Both the position numbers and the translations under genes were made by a program. A stretch of 64,000 nt of DNA from Octopus vulgaris (lineage: Eukaryota): NCBI GenBank assembly GCA_951406725.2, contig OX597817.1:171926001-171990000 (forward strand), given 5' to 3'. This document shows, piece after piece, positions 47,873 through 62,433 of this stretch. Positions within the stretch are counted from its first letter, which is position 1, and every line of letters begins with the position of its first letter. Below the pieces are notes generated by a model. The model ran no database searches, had not been told where the DNA came from, and saw nothing but the letters and a program-made list of their open reading frames with translations.

Positions 47873-49461
47873 TTTTTTCTATAAATACCATGATAGCTTA
47901 GAGTAATATGACTTATTCTGTTGATTCACTAAACAATAGGAATAAAAATAAACATGTCTCGCCGAAATCCTATTGATTTTGATAGAATGGTATCTGCAAT
48001 TTTCCAATATCAGTAATTTTATGCTATTTTCAAACCTCTTCCGCCAGACAAAGGCTAAATACTTCTAAAGAAGCAAATGAAACAAAACAAAAGCATTGCA
48101 AAAAAATATCATAACGCTAATTTTCTAGTCCTTCCGTCATCCATCATTTTCCCGCTTTTACTTGTCTCATTTCCCTCGTTTGTGCCTTTCTCCCTCTGCT
48201 TCGCGCTTTCACTTTCACTTTCTGTTATTCCCTTCCCCCCCCCCCCACCTCATTCTCTGACACCGTTTATTTCTTTTCGCTTTGCACTGTTTCGTGTTAA
48301 AATTTACGTTGTCATCCAATGCGCTAGAAATAGCAAGCAAATAACTCTCAAGCTGCACCCTACCGTTTACATAGCAAGGTGACCCACCAGACAATGCATT
48401 ACTAGACATACAAAAGAGCGGGATCAAAGGTTTTCTCAAACATGAACGACCTTGGGCTAAACAGCCTCAAATACGTACAAACACAAAAAAATACATAAAA
48501 CAGCATCCAAGTTCCAATGCTACTCTCTCTTCCTTCCTTATCATCTGATGAATAGCAAATATCCGAAGCGTCATATTCGCCATTTTTCACTAGACGAAGG
48601 TAAAATATTCGAAACGTTATATTCTTCGTTTTTCACAGCAATGTTGTCTATCAGACACATCCACCAACTGCTCTATTTGATAATAATCTTTGGATTCTAA
48701 CTGAATAGAGTGAATAGTCTGTAATACAGGTTGTGAATATCTCCATCCTTCTGAAGTCAGTTCCGATAATCCCCGCTTGACGGACATTTAAATTATTAAA
48801 CCAATTTGCTGCATTTACGAGGTAAATAATTGATTGATTAGTTAATATGCATCTATGCATAGATGTTGTCTAAATCCATGACAGTTCTAGCAATCCTGCA
48901 GCGCCACCTATAATATGTGAATTTTGATCTTAAATAGAATTACATGCATATATATATGCATGTCTGTGAGTATATATTTATGTGCCTGTGAGTGTGCGTG
49001 CGCATTTCTACATAGATGAACATGGAAATAAATACAAATTTATTTTGCAGTTTATTATGATATATTACGACATAAATAGATATTGTGTTACACACCCATT
49101 CATTTTAATCACATCTTTTAGGCATCCTTTCCTTTAATTTTATACAATATTTCAATTTAAACGTCTTCTAAAGCAAATGGATTGGTTGCAATCAAATGTT
49201 ACGTGTTTTGGGCATTTTTAGCGTCGAACTTAGCACTTAATTAAATGTCACAGGTTTTCTGAGCTGAGCAAATTAAATCTAGGGATTGAGTTGGCATCTA
49301 GATAAAATTCTTCTTCTTCTTCTTCTTCTTCTTCTTCTTCTTCTTCTTCTTCTTCTTCTTCTTCTTCTTCTTCTTCTTCTTCTTCTTCTTCTCCTCCTCC
49401 TCCTCCTCATCCTCATCATCATCATCCTTATTATCATCATCAGCATCATGATCATCATCAT

Positions 49462-49494
<33 letters not shown>

Positions 49495-49498
49495 CATG

Positions 49499-49533
<35 letters not shown>

Positions 49534-50680
49534 TATTATCATCATCATCATGTACATACATCCAATCATCAACCGATATTGCGTTACCATTCGCAAATCA
49601 CAAATTTAATGGAATAATTTCATCAACGTAAGGCTTTATATTATCTTTTAAGGAATTTAACAGAACTCTATTACTTCACCTGAAGGTGCGTAGCTCAGCG
49701 GTTAGGGTAGTCAGCTCGCAATCGTAAGGTCGTGAGTTCCATTCCTGGCAGCGCATTGTGTCTTTGAGCAAGACACTTTATTTCACGTTGCTCCAGTCCA
49801 CTCAGCTGCCAAAACTGATTAGTACCTGTATTTCAAGGGTCGGCCTTGTCTGTGTAACGCTCAATACCCCTGAGACCTATGTTAAAGGTACTCGTGTCTA
49901 TGGAGTACCCAGCCATATGCACGTTAATTTCGTGAGTAGGCTATTCCAAAGATCGGTTCAACTGGAACCCTCATCGTCGTAACCGATGGTGTGCCAGTTG
50001 TAGTTTAGTTTATATCACTTCATACCAACAGCAACTGGAACAGTTGCTATAATTAAAATTGCACCACGAAACATCACCGAAGCTCTGCTACATTTTACAG
50101 ATGTTTGGAGGAGCCGGCATTCGTCGGAAAAGCAATTTTTGCTACTCAGACTGATTACAGTCAATATTTTCTACAGAATCAAATCTGTTCAGATAAATCT
50201 CTTTTCTCTAATTGTCCACATTCTTACGAATATATATTTTGTACAAGCTGTATCTGCTGTTTGGTACTCATAGATACGCACACACATAAATATACACACG
50301 CATACGCAGATACAAATGTGTGTGTGTGTGTGTGAGGTCTCATGAGGACCAGGTTAGATGCTGCCAAAATTTTCCCCTGATATTTCATCACTCTTAATAA
50401 AACATCAATTAGCCGGCTTCGGTCTCCATCCATTTTTGCTTCTATTGTATATAATCCACAACGTAAGAGATGCTGAACACGCAACACAGGCAAATCGGCT
50501 TTGATGTCTGGACATTACATAACTGAAACATACAACAAACCTTTGATAAATTAAAAAACAAAATTAGCTTCACTTCGAACTTGCCTCTGGTTTTGTAGTG
50601 CCCGGACACAATCACACTGATATCATTATTGCACGTACACACACACAACACACACAAACATATACTTATACACACACACA

Positions 50681-50754
<74 letters not shown>

Positions 50755-50759
<5 letters not shown>

Positions 50760-50930
50760 TGCGATTGGCAGAAATGTTGAACGGCATTTCTCTCGTCTTC
50801 GCGTTCTGAGTTCAACTTCCACCGAGGTCGACTTTGCCTTTCATCCGTCGGGATCGATAAAATAAGTACCAGTTGAGTACTGAAGTCAATGTAATCGACT
50901 TAACCTCTCCCCCGAAATTGCTGGCCCTCT
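50755..50930 (+). mobile_element. SINE family A, diverged
   Basis: ctgagttcaacttccaccgaggtcgactttgcctttcatcc. Confidence 0.7.
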
Positions 50931-50981
50931 GCCTGCTCATATATTCTTACATCCGCATCATATTACAAACGTTACAAACAT

Positions 50982-51330
50982 AGACGTAGGAGTGGCTGTG
51001 TGGTAAGTAGCTTGGTTACCAACCAGATAGTTACGGGTTCACTACCACTACGTGGCACCTTAGGCAAGTCTCTTCTACTATAGCTTCGGGCCAACCAAAG
51101 CCTTGTGAGTGGATTTGGAAGATGGAAACTGAAAGAAACCCGTCATCGCTTGACAACCGATGCTGGTGTGTTTACGTCCCCGTAACTTAGCGGTTCGGCA
51201 AAAGAGACCGATAGAATAAGTACTAGGCTTACAAAGAATAAGTGCTGGGGTCGACTTACTCGACTAAAGACGGTGCTCCAGCATGGTCACAGTCACACGA
51301 CTGAAACAAGTAAAGGGCAAAAAAGAGTAT
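50982..51330 (+). mobile_element. SINE family B lacking the internal microsatellite segment
   Basis: gaaagaaacccgt joined directly to catcgcttgacaacc. Confidence 0.8.
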
Positions 51331-51820
51331 ACAAGATAAGAGGGAGGCTTATTTTATTCAATCTTGATTGCTTCCACTGCAGCCGCATCTACATCTACCA
51401 ACATTATTATGATGGATCTCCGACCCCCAGCCAGAAACAGCTGTTGAACTTATAACACCTTCCACCCCCCCTTTAATTTTCTCTGTCGTTTGTAATCTGA
51501 GTAAGTTGGATCTATTAATATGAATATCTATATATTTATTCTTAAATATTCATTGTCTGAAAGTTTCCACTTTCTGCTTTCTATCGTTTTGCATATATAC
51601 ACATACACATATTTTGCATTTCATACTCAAACTGTTATATTTAATATATCTAATTTGTTTATCTGCATGATTTCCTTTATATCTGCTTAACTTGATCCCT
51701 CTTATAGCAATTCTTTGCCTTGTGGAATTAATCCCCAGCAAAGATATCGGAATCTAAGTTTGAATCATTTGAGCACTACTAATTGTGTTCTATACTGAGA
51801 ATCGATGGATCTCATCTGTG

Positions 51821-51902
<82 letters not shown>

Positions 51903-51904
<2 letters not shown>

Positions 51905-54358
51905 GATGCGTGGCGTTCGATCATATGATAATATAAATAATATATGAATACATGAATATATACATACATATTTGTACATACCTACATATATATGTATATA
52001 TACATGCATATATGGGAACAGGACATCAAAAAAACATTGAACACAATAAGAAACGAAAACATGAAAACAAAAACATAGAAAACGAACTTTTTTTCGAACA
52101 ACGAAAAAACAACAAATAGAGAAACGAGCCATGGAACATAAAGAATATTTCCCTTCATCAGTTGTCCCTGTTTCATCTCCTCTGCGTTCGAAGGTAAGGT
52201 AAGGACAATACTCGACTTCGTTGAAATAGTCCTTCCCGCAAAGCAAATTAAATAAAATTTGGGATTTTTTGCGGAGGGTGAAAGTAGTAACAAGAACAGG
52301 ACAGTGAGAACAAGACAGTAAAAACAAACGGTGAGGGATGTTTTAAGCCAAGACGACAGGAAAATTATTATGAGCGCTAGGAGGACGAGCTTTGAGAGGA
52401 GAGAGGTATAAGCATGTCTTGTCTTTAGGAAGGAAATGGACAGAAAGATAGATTCCTTTCCGTCACGTGTCAGCGACGAGAGTCAAAGAGGAAGAGTGAG
52501 AGAGAAGGAACAGGGGAGAGGAGAAGTAAAAGGAAGGATGGGAGAGAAAACCAGAAAGGATGAAGAACATTAGAGAGAGAGAGAGATAGACAGAGAAGAG
52601 ATAGTAGAGATAGAAGAGTGCGTATCGGAATTATTAAGATAAAACTTACTTGGAAAAGGATGCGTGGCGTTCGATCATATAATACTCTTTTACTCTTTTA
52701 CATGTTTCAGTCATTTTAGTGCGGCCATGCTGGAGCACCGCCTTTAGTCGAGCAAATCGACCCCGAGACTTATTCTTTTTTAAGCCCAGTACTTATTCTA
52801 TCGGTCTCTTTTGCCGAACCGCTAAGTTACGGGGACGCAAACACACCAGCATCGGTTGTCAAGCAATGTTAGGGGTACAAACACAGACACACAAACACAT
52901 ACACATACATACATATACATATATATATATATACATATATACGACAGGCTTCTTTCAGTTTCCGTCTACCAAATCCACTCACAAGGCATTGGTCGGCCCG
53001 GGGCTGTAGTAGAAGACACTTACCCAAGATGCCACGCAGTGGGACTGAACCCGGAACCATGTGGTTGGTAAGCAAGCTACTTACCACACAGCTACTCCTG
53101 CGCCTGAATAATAATATAAATAATATATAAATATATGTATATATACATGCATATATGTACGTACCTACATATATATGTATATATACATGTATATATGGGA
53201 ACAGGACATCAAAAAACGTTGAGCACAATGAGAAACGAAAACATAAAAACAAAAACATAGAAAACGAACTTTTTTTTCGAACAACGAAAAAAAAACAAGC
53301 AGAGAAACGAGACATGCAACAGAAAGAATATTTCCCTTCATCAGTTGTCCCCTGTTCCATCTTCTCCGCGTTCGAAGGTAAGGACAATACGCAATACCTT
53401 TGAAACGCGGAGTAGATGAAACAGGGACAACTGAAGAAGGGAAATATTCTTTATGTTGTATGTCTCGTTTCTCTGTTTGTTTCGTTGTTCGTAAAAAAGT
53501 TCGTTTTCTATGTTTTTGTTTTCATGTTTTCGTTTCTCATTGTGCTCAACGTTTTTTTTATGTCCTGTTCCCATATATGCATGTATATATACATATATAT
53601 GTAGGTACGTACATATATGCATGTATATATACATATATTTATATATTATTTATATTATTATATGATCGCATCCTTTTCCAAGTAAGTTTTATCTTAATAA
53701 TTCCGATACGCACTCTTCTATCTCTACTATCTCTTCTCTGTCTATCTCTCTCCCTCTATTGTTCTTCATCCTTTCTGGTTTTCTCTCCCACCCTTCCCTA
53801 TTCTTCTCCTCTCCTCTTCACCGTTCCCTTTCTCTCACTCTCCCTCCTTGACTCTCTAGTCGCTGACACGTGACGAAAGGGAATCTAACTTTCTGTCCAT
53901 TTCCTTCCTAAAGACAAGACGTGCTTATACCTGTCTCCTCTCAAAGCTCGTCCTCTTAGCGTTCATAATAATTTTTCTGTCGTCTTGGCTTAATAGCTCT
54001 CAGCTTTTGTTTTTACTGTCTTGTTCTCACTGTCCTGTTCTTGTTACCACTTTCACCCTCCGCAAAAAATCCCAAATTTTATTTAATTTGCTTTGCGGGA
54101 AGGACTATTTCAACGAAGTCGCTTTTTGTCCTTACCTTCGAACGCGGAGTAGATGAAACGGACAACTGATGAAGGGAAATATTCTTTATGTTGCATGTCT
54201 CGTTTCTCTATTTGTGTTTTTTCGTTGTTCGAAATAAAAAATGTTTCTATGTTTTTGTTTTCATGTTCTAGTTTCTTATTGTGTCCATGCATGTAAATAT
54301 ATATATATGTAGGTATGTACATATATGTATGTATCTATGCATATATTTATATATTATT

Positions 54359-54360
<2 letters not shown>
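51903..54360. repeat. ~2.45-kb imperfect palindrome made of about 1.4 tandem copies of a ~755-bp unit plus its inverted counterpart
   Basis: The unit restarts (gatgcgtggcgttcgatcatat) at about 51905 and 52659; centre about 53383-53395; the right arm is the reverse complement; (TA)n on both flanks. Confidence 0.9.
52685..53105 (-). mobile_element. SINE family B inserted in the left arm of the large palindrome
   Basis: Full-length copy interrupting the tandem unit junction. Confidence 0.88.
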
Positions 54361-54423
<63 letters not shown>

Positions 54424-54473
54424 TATATTATATATATATATATATATATAATTTATATTATATTATACTATAT

Positions 54474-54558
<85 letters not shown>

Positions 54559-54651
54559 TTAATCCAAACAAAAAAAAAAAAACATAACAACGCGAGGACA
54601 TGGAACAAATATAGTATTATTGGACGCTCAGGAAAGGAGGGAAGAAGGCGG

Positions 54652-54686
54652 GTTTAACGTTTCGAGCGGAGCTCTTCGTCGGAAAC
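54652..54686 (-). ncRNA. Minimal hammerhead-like motif (U4C core variant)
   Basis: Minus strand GTTT-CCGACGAA-GAGC-TCC-GCTC-GAAACGTT-AAAC: helix I GTTT/AAAC, helix II GAGC/GCTC, palindromic ACGT helix III. Confidence 0.6.
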
Positions 54687-54753
54687 ATAGGAGAAGGAAA
54701 GATCCCGAGAAGGGAAGACAAAGGAAAAAAACCGCCAACGGTACACACGAGGT

Positions 54754-54794
<41 letters not shown>

Positions 54795-54863
54795 ATATTT
54801 CGGAATGGTCATATTGCCAGTTTAGCCAATAAAAAATCTTGCACAACAAATATTTAAACGTAC

Positions 54864-54913
<50 letters not shown>

Positions 54914-55330
54914 TGTATGTATGTATGTATGCATGTATGTATGCATGTATGTATGTATATATTTATACACTCCCAGACACACACAGACACCACACATTAA
55001 TTTTATGTTTATGCCAGTCATCCCACCTCACACTCAATTAATAATTGATACGAGAGCAATGAAGTACACACACATACACACATAGGAAGACCGAGTATGC
55101 ACACGCGTGCACACATAATGATTGCCACGACATAGATGATAGCCGTTCAACATATTCGGATGACAGCAATGTCAAATGTAACTATATTAGATTAGGATGC
55201 CATACGCTTACGACGATACCGTTTCATAAGTATCCAAAACAAAGCAAGATGGCCGAAAATTATTTCGACTGCAGCTTTTATATCCATGTAGCCTTCTCGT
55301 AATTTTTCTTTGTGTCAAAGCATACCTATA

Positions 55331-55920
55331 TATTTCTTTATTGCTCACAAGGGGCTAAACGTAGAGGAGACAATCAAAGACAGACAAAGGGATTAAATCG
55401 ATTACATCGACCTTAGTGCGTAACTGGTAATTATTTATCGGCCTCGAAAGATTGAAAGGCAAAGTCGACCACGGCGGAATTTGAACTCAGAACGTAACGG
55501 CAGCCGAAATACCTATTTCTTTACTACCCACAAGGGACTAAACACAGAGAGGACAAACAAGAAGAGGCAAGCGGATTAAGTCGATTATATGGACCCCAGT
55601 GCGTAACTGGTACTTATTTTATCGACCCCGAAAGGATGAAAAGCAAAGCCGACCTCGGCGGAATTTGAACTCAGAACGTAACGGCAGACGAAATACCTAT
55701 TTCTTTACTACCCACAAAGGGCTAAACACAGAGAGGATAAACAAGGACAGACAAAGGGATTAAGTCGATTACATCGACCCCAGTGTGTAACTGCTACTTC
55801 ATACGAAAAGATGAAAGGCAAAGTCGACCTCGGTGGAATTTGAACTCAGAACGTAGCGGCAGACGAAATACCGCTAAGCATTTCACCCGGCGTGCTAACG
55901 TCTCTGCCAGCTCGCCGCCT
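55331..55920 (-). mobile_element. Head-to-tail trimer of SINE family A
   Basis: Three ~182-bp units joined at gaaatacc|tatttc, with a single intact 5' head. Confidence 0.85.
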
Positions 55921-56006
55921 TGTGAAAGCATACCTATAAGACCGTAGAGATCTGATAGGCTGTTGGTGGTGGGTATTTAAGCAGTTTTACTATTCACACA
56001 TTGCAA

Positions 56007-56031
56007 TACATACATACATAAATATTCACAC

Positions 56032-56078
<47 letters not shown>

Positions 56079-56420
56079 CATACATACATACATATTCACA
56101 CTTACATACATACATACATGCATGCATGCATACATACGTGCATACATACATACCTACCTACATGCATACAAACATACATACATACATACATGCATGCATA
56201 CATACATACATACATACATGCATGCATGCATGCATACATACATAGATACATACATACATACATACATACATACAAACATACATACATACATACATGCATG
56301 CATACATACATACATGCATGCATGCATGCATGCATACATACATACATGCATACATACATACATACATACATACATGCATACATACATACATACATAACAC
56401 ACATACATACATATTCACAC

Positions 56421-56451
<31 letters not shown>

Positions 56452-56717
56452 AATGCATGCATGCATGCATGCATACGTACATACATACATACATACATGC
56501 ATGCATGCATACATACATACATACATACATGCATGCATGCATGCATGCATACATGCATACATATATACATACTTACTTACATACATGCATGCATGCATGC
56601 ATATATACATACATACATACATACATACATACATACATACATGCATGCATGCATATATGCATGCATGCATACATACATACATACATACACACATACATAC
56701 ATACATGCATGCATGCA

Positions 56718-56751
<34 letters not shown>

Positions 56752-56865
56752 CATACATACATACATTCATACATACATACATACATACATACATACATAC
56801 ATGCATGCATACATACATACATACATACATATATACATACATACATACATTCATACATACATACA

Positions 56866-56899
<34 letters not shown>

Positions 56900-56913
56900 C
56901 ATATATACATACA

Positions 56914-56947
<34 letters not shown>

Positions 56948-57125
56948 CATACATATATACATACATACATACATACATACATACATACATGCATGCATAC
57001 ATACATACATACATACATACATACATACATACATACATACATACATGCATGCATACATACATACATACATACATATATATATACATATATACATACATAC
57101 ATACATACATGCATGCATACATACA

Positions 57126-57159
<34 letters not shown>

Positions 57160-57249
57160 CATACATACATACATACATACATACATACATACATACATAC
57201 ATACATACATACATACATACATACATACATACATACATACATACATACA

Positions 57250-57285
<36 letters not shown>

Positions 57286-57577
57286 TACAACATATATACA
57301 TACATACATACATACATGCATGCATACATACATACATACATACATACATACATACATACATACATACATACATACATACATACATACATACATACATACA
57401 TACATACATACATACATACATACATACATACATACATACATACATACATACATACATACATACATACATACATACATACATACATACATACATACATACA
57501 TACATGCATGCATACATACATACATACATCATACATACATACATACATACATACATACATACATACATACATACATA
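56007..57577. repeat. ~1.55-kb (ACAT)n/(GCAT)n array
   Basis: Seen directly in the sequence. Confidence 0.95.
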
Positions 57578-57869
57578 CGGATATACCTGTCAACCTACAT
57601 GCACCAAAGTATGGCTGCATTTGGATTCTTAAGGAGAGAATGTGACGCCTTAATTCCTACGCTTCTAATGTTATCGAAATGTGAGACAAGAAAAACCTGC
57701 AAGACCTCCTTAAGATTTAACCCTTCAGCATTTAAAGGGTAAAAAACCGCCCCCACCCCCACGTTTTCTCTTACTCCATTGATAATACATATGAAGCTGA
57801 AGCAGTATCTTAGGTTCTTAGATTTGCAAACTCTTTATCAGTGATTCAGGGAGGTCCGTAGGTCATTAT

Positions 57870-58070
57870 TCCTTTACTCTTTTACTCGTTTACTTGTTTC
57901 AGTCATTTGACTGCGGCCATGCTGGAGCACCGCCTTTAGTCGAGCAAATCGACCCCAGAGCTTATTCTTTGTAAGCTTAGTAAATATTCTATCGGTCTCT
58001 TTTGCCGAACCGCTAAGTTACAGGGACATAAATACACCAGCATCGAGTGGGGGGGGGACAAACACAGACA

Positions 58071-58110
<40 letters not shown>

Positions 58111-58286
58111 TATACATATATACAACGGGCTTCTTTAAGTTTCCGTCTACCAAATCCACTCACATGGCTTTGGTCGGCCCGAGGCTATAGTAGAAGACAC
58201 TTGCCCAAAGTGCCCCGCAGTGGAACTGAACCCAGAACCATGTGGTTGGTAAGCATGCTACTTACCACACAGCCACTCCTGCGCCT
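57870..58286 (-). mobile_element. SINE family B
   Basis: Full-length match to other copies. Confidence 0.88.
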
Positions 58287-58854
58287 ATTCAGTTTTATTT
58301 CAGGATTCCTTGCCAATAAAGAGCCGGTTTCTATCCTAGATTCTTTTGTATGTATGTATGTGTGTATGTATGTGTGTATGTATGTGTGTATGTATGTATG
58401 TATGTATGTATGTATGTGTGTATGTATGTATGTATGTATGTATGTATGTATGTATGTATGTATGTATGTATGTATGTATGTATGTGTGTGTATGTATATA
58501 TGAATGTATGTATGTATGTATGTATGTATGTATGTATGTATGTATGTATGTATGTATGTATGTATGTATGTATGTATGTATGTATGTATGTATATATGTA
58601 TGTAATCATGCTTACATCACATACGGAGAAAAAGAGAGAGATCATGTTATTAGTGAAAAATGGCCGAGGACATGAGTAAGTTTGCGTGTAAATGTGTATG
58701 TATGTATCCATGTATGTATGTATGTATGTTTGTATGTATGTATGTATGTATGTATGTATGTATGTATGTTAGTTCGATTATTAAAGCTTCAAACAATTTG
58801 TTGCTGTGAAAAAATTCATATATCTATATGCATACGAATACACACACACACACA

Positions 58855-58900
<46 letters not shown>

Positions 58901-59432
58901 CACACATACACACACACACAGAGACTCACGCTGGCACCTGTATTTCTCAACATAAAAAAAGATTCACATATATTTACAAGTCTTCCGTTTTCTCTTAAAT
59001 CTTTTAGTATCAAGCCAGTTAAGGAATCCTTATGTAGAGGCGGAAGATGTTAGAATTAGCTGCCAAATCTCCTTCAAAGCACAACATAACTATATAAAGT
59101 GAAAACTATTTTCGACTTCCAACAGACCAGGAAAGTACCACTTGATTTTAGGTACCACACTGTTTTTTCCCTTCATACACCCTTTCAGATACGTGTTGTG
59201 TAATGCCATACGTCATGTATGTTTGTGTGTGTAGAAAATGAGGAGTTTAGTTCACTTGTGATCTAAGCGAATAGGTACGCTATGTGCTATAATTGGTCAT
59301 CTCTTAGGTTCTAAGTTCACTACTGAGGCTGGAGCTTAGGATCCGTATTAGATCTCCGAGTTAGGAGATATATATTATATTAGAGTAATATATATTAGAT
59401 AGATAGATAGGTAGACAGACAGACAGACAGAC

Positions 59433-59519
<87 letters not shown>

Positions 59520-59532
59520 AAAACAGACAGAC

Positions 59533-59628
<96 letters not shown>

Positions 59629-60431
59629 GTGTGTGTTTCTGTATGTATATATAGATAAATAAATATATATAAAATACAAAATGGGACAAGAACGCAAAAC
59701 ATCCAGACAGGTGATACAAAAAGGGACAACAAAACATCCAGATAGACAATACAAAAAAACAATGACGAAGCTTTCTATTCTCAGTCAAGAACCGGATCAT
59801 CCTCGCAATTTCGGCTGATTAATCTTGAGATTGCTTCAATCTGGCCGGCCCCAAGGAAAAACTAAGCTAAGAGCATTAGATTCCTTGGGAAAAAAGCATC
59901 GAATGTATACGAAAACAAGGACGGAAAAACAGACGATGTTACAAAATATCTTATGTATATAACTAGTTAATATAGAGCTTTTAAGCTACTAATCCCGGAA
60001 TGGAAAGATCTAGGCCACCACCTTCGAGAATTTTTATACGATTGAATTAACCCCATTTTATATTCTGCCATATGAATTACGCAGCGGAAGTTTAATCAAT
60101 GAGTTCACACGACGTACTTCGCGAGGCTACCAAAATGCTCTCCCTTTCACTACTACCGACTACTACTCCTTATTAGAGTTCGGCTAGTCCATTCTTCCAA
60201 TCTGCAATAGGTGTCAATGACTCTCGCCAAAACAGCCCAATACTTACATTTTTGAACCGCTAAGTTACAGGAACGTAAACACACCAACACCAGTTGTTAA
60301 GCGGTGGTGGAGGAGAACACAGTATATATATATATAGCTAATCCAAACAAGAAAACAGAAAAAAACACAACAACGCGAGGACGTGGAACAATTAAAGTAT
60401 TATTTGACGCTCAGGAAAGAAGGGAAGGAGG

Positions 60432-60466
60432 GTTTAACGTTTCGAGCGGAGCTCTTCGTCGGAAAC
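60432..60466 (-). ncRNA. Minimal hammerhead-like motif, identical to 54652-54686
   Basis: Same 35-nt motif inside a second copy of the same ~200-bp element. Confidence 0.6.
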
Positions 60467-60585
60467 AAGGAGAAGGAAAGATCCCGAGAAGGGAAGACAG
60501 AGGAAAAAAATATTTTTGCTGGTTGTGCTCAAGAGATCACATGTATATATAAATACATACGTATATCAATATATTCTACACATAG

Positions 60586-60815
60586 GACGGCGAGCAGGTA
60601 GAAACGTTAGCACGCCGGGCGAAATGCTTAGCGGAATTTCGTCTGCTATTACAATCTCAGTTCAAAGTCTGCCGAGGTCGACTTAGCCTTTCATATTTTC
60701 GAGGTCGATTAAACAAGTACCAGTTACGCACCGGGGTCGATGTAATCGACTTAATCCCTTTATCTGTCCGTGTTTGTCCCGTGTATGTTTAGACCCCTGT
60801 GGGCCTAAAGAAATG
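60586..60815 (+). mobile_element. SINE family A
   Basis: Match to other copies in the window. Confidence 0.8.
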
Positions 60816-60835
60816 TATATATTCTATACATATTA

Positions 60836-60986
<151 letters not shown>

Positions 60987-61097
60987 CATATCGAAGGAAA
61001 ATGGAAATTAATAGAAATTTTCACTTCCAGTGGCCTAATGTGTAAAAATTTAGTCCAAAGACTATGTATTTCTCATAAAATGTACACTCTATTTTAT

Positions 61098-61152
<55 letters not shown>

Positions 61153-61649
61153 GCAGATATATACTGACTCATGCATACATACTCACACTTACATACACAT
61201 ACACACACTAACACATGCACATGCTCACACACACACACACGCACACCTACATACACACTTATATTCTTTCTCCAAATAATTCAAATGAAAGTTTTTGTTC
61301 AAGGCTGTTTGACAATGAATTCAAATTTATTTGCTTTCTTTTCCTTATTAAACTAGTTGCCTTCCATTTGATCAATAATCTACTCAATTGACGATCCTCT
61401 TTTGATTAGATTCAGAAAAATACAAAACAAAACAGAACAAAACAAAGAAACTCATTGTATACAATAGATTTGATTTCGTATCGTTTGCGAGTCAGTAATT
61501 CATCTCAATTGATTTCATTTGCAACGTTTCTACGTCTTTTAAAATGCTTGCCTCTTGTATTTTCTTACATTGTGTAAATAACACTGTACATCTTGTCTAT
61601 ACACTGGTACACACACACACACGCGCTTACATGCACGCGCACATGCACA

Positions 61650-61690
<41 letters not shown>

Positions 61691-61786
61691 ATGCAGACAT
61701 TATATTTAGCATTGACATTGGGTTTCGTATATGCAAATTAACTGGTACAGGTAATTGCATATATGCCTCTGTATGCATATATATAT

Positions 61787-61828
<42 letters not shown>

Positions 61829-61848
61829 ACATATATATACATGTATAC

Positions 61849-61881
<33 letters not shown>

Positions 61882-61944
61882 CATGTATATATATGTATAT
61901 ATATATATATATATATTGTATATATATATATATATGTGTATATG

Positions 61945-61975
<31 letters not shown>

Positions 61976-62044
61976 TTAGATACCTAAATAAGTTTTGGCC
62001 GGTATTGGCCCATGCCCTGGCTAACTTATACATACACACATGCA

Positions 62045-62131
<87 letters not shown>

Positions 62132-62138
62132 CCCGGGT

Positions 62139-62187
<49 letters not shown>

Positions 62188-62210
62188 GAAACAGTATATC
62201 CTTCTATATA

Positions 62211-62265
<55 letters not shown>

Positions 62266-62356
62266 GGGAGAGTTTACGAAAAAAAACAAAAGACGAAGAC
62301 AGCTGGTGTACAAAACAAACAGATGTATTAGTATAACGCTCAGGAATAGAAAAAGT

Positions 62357-62392
62357 CTTTTACGTTTCGAGCTTACTCTCTCGTACAGAAAG
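62357..62392 (-). ncRNA. Degenerate minimal hammerhead-like motif
   Basis: Minus strand CTTT-CTGTACGA-GAG-AGTAAG-CTC-GAAACGTA-AAAG; helix I CTTT/AAAG. Confidence 0.45.
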
Positions 62393-62433
62393 TGACACAG
62401 AAGAAAACAAGGAAACAAGGAGAGAGAAAAATC

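Noticed and set aside
53398-53442. Possible type II hammerhead (GAAACGCGGAGTA...CTGAAGAAGG)
   Set aside because: Helix I cannot form between the putative cleavage site and the core
56102-57742. ORFs of 200-500 aa made of HTYI/MYVC repeats
   Set aside because: Stop-free frames of an (ACAT)n microsatellite; the same applies to all YI/HT/LS-repeat ORFs in the track
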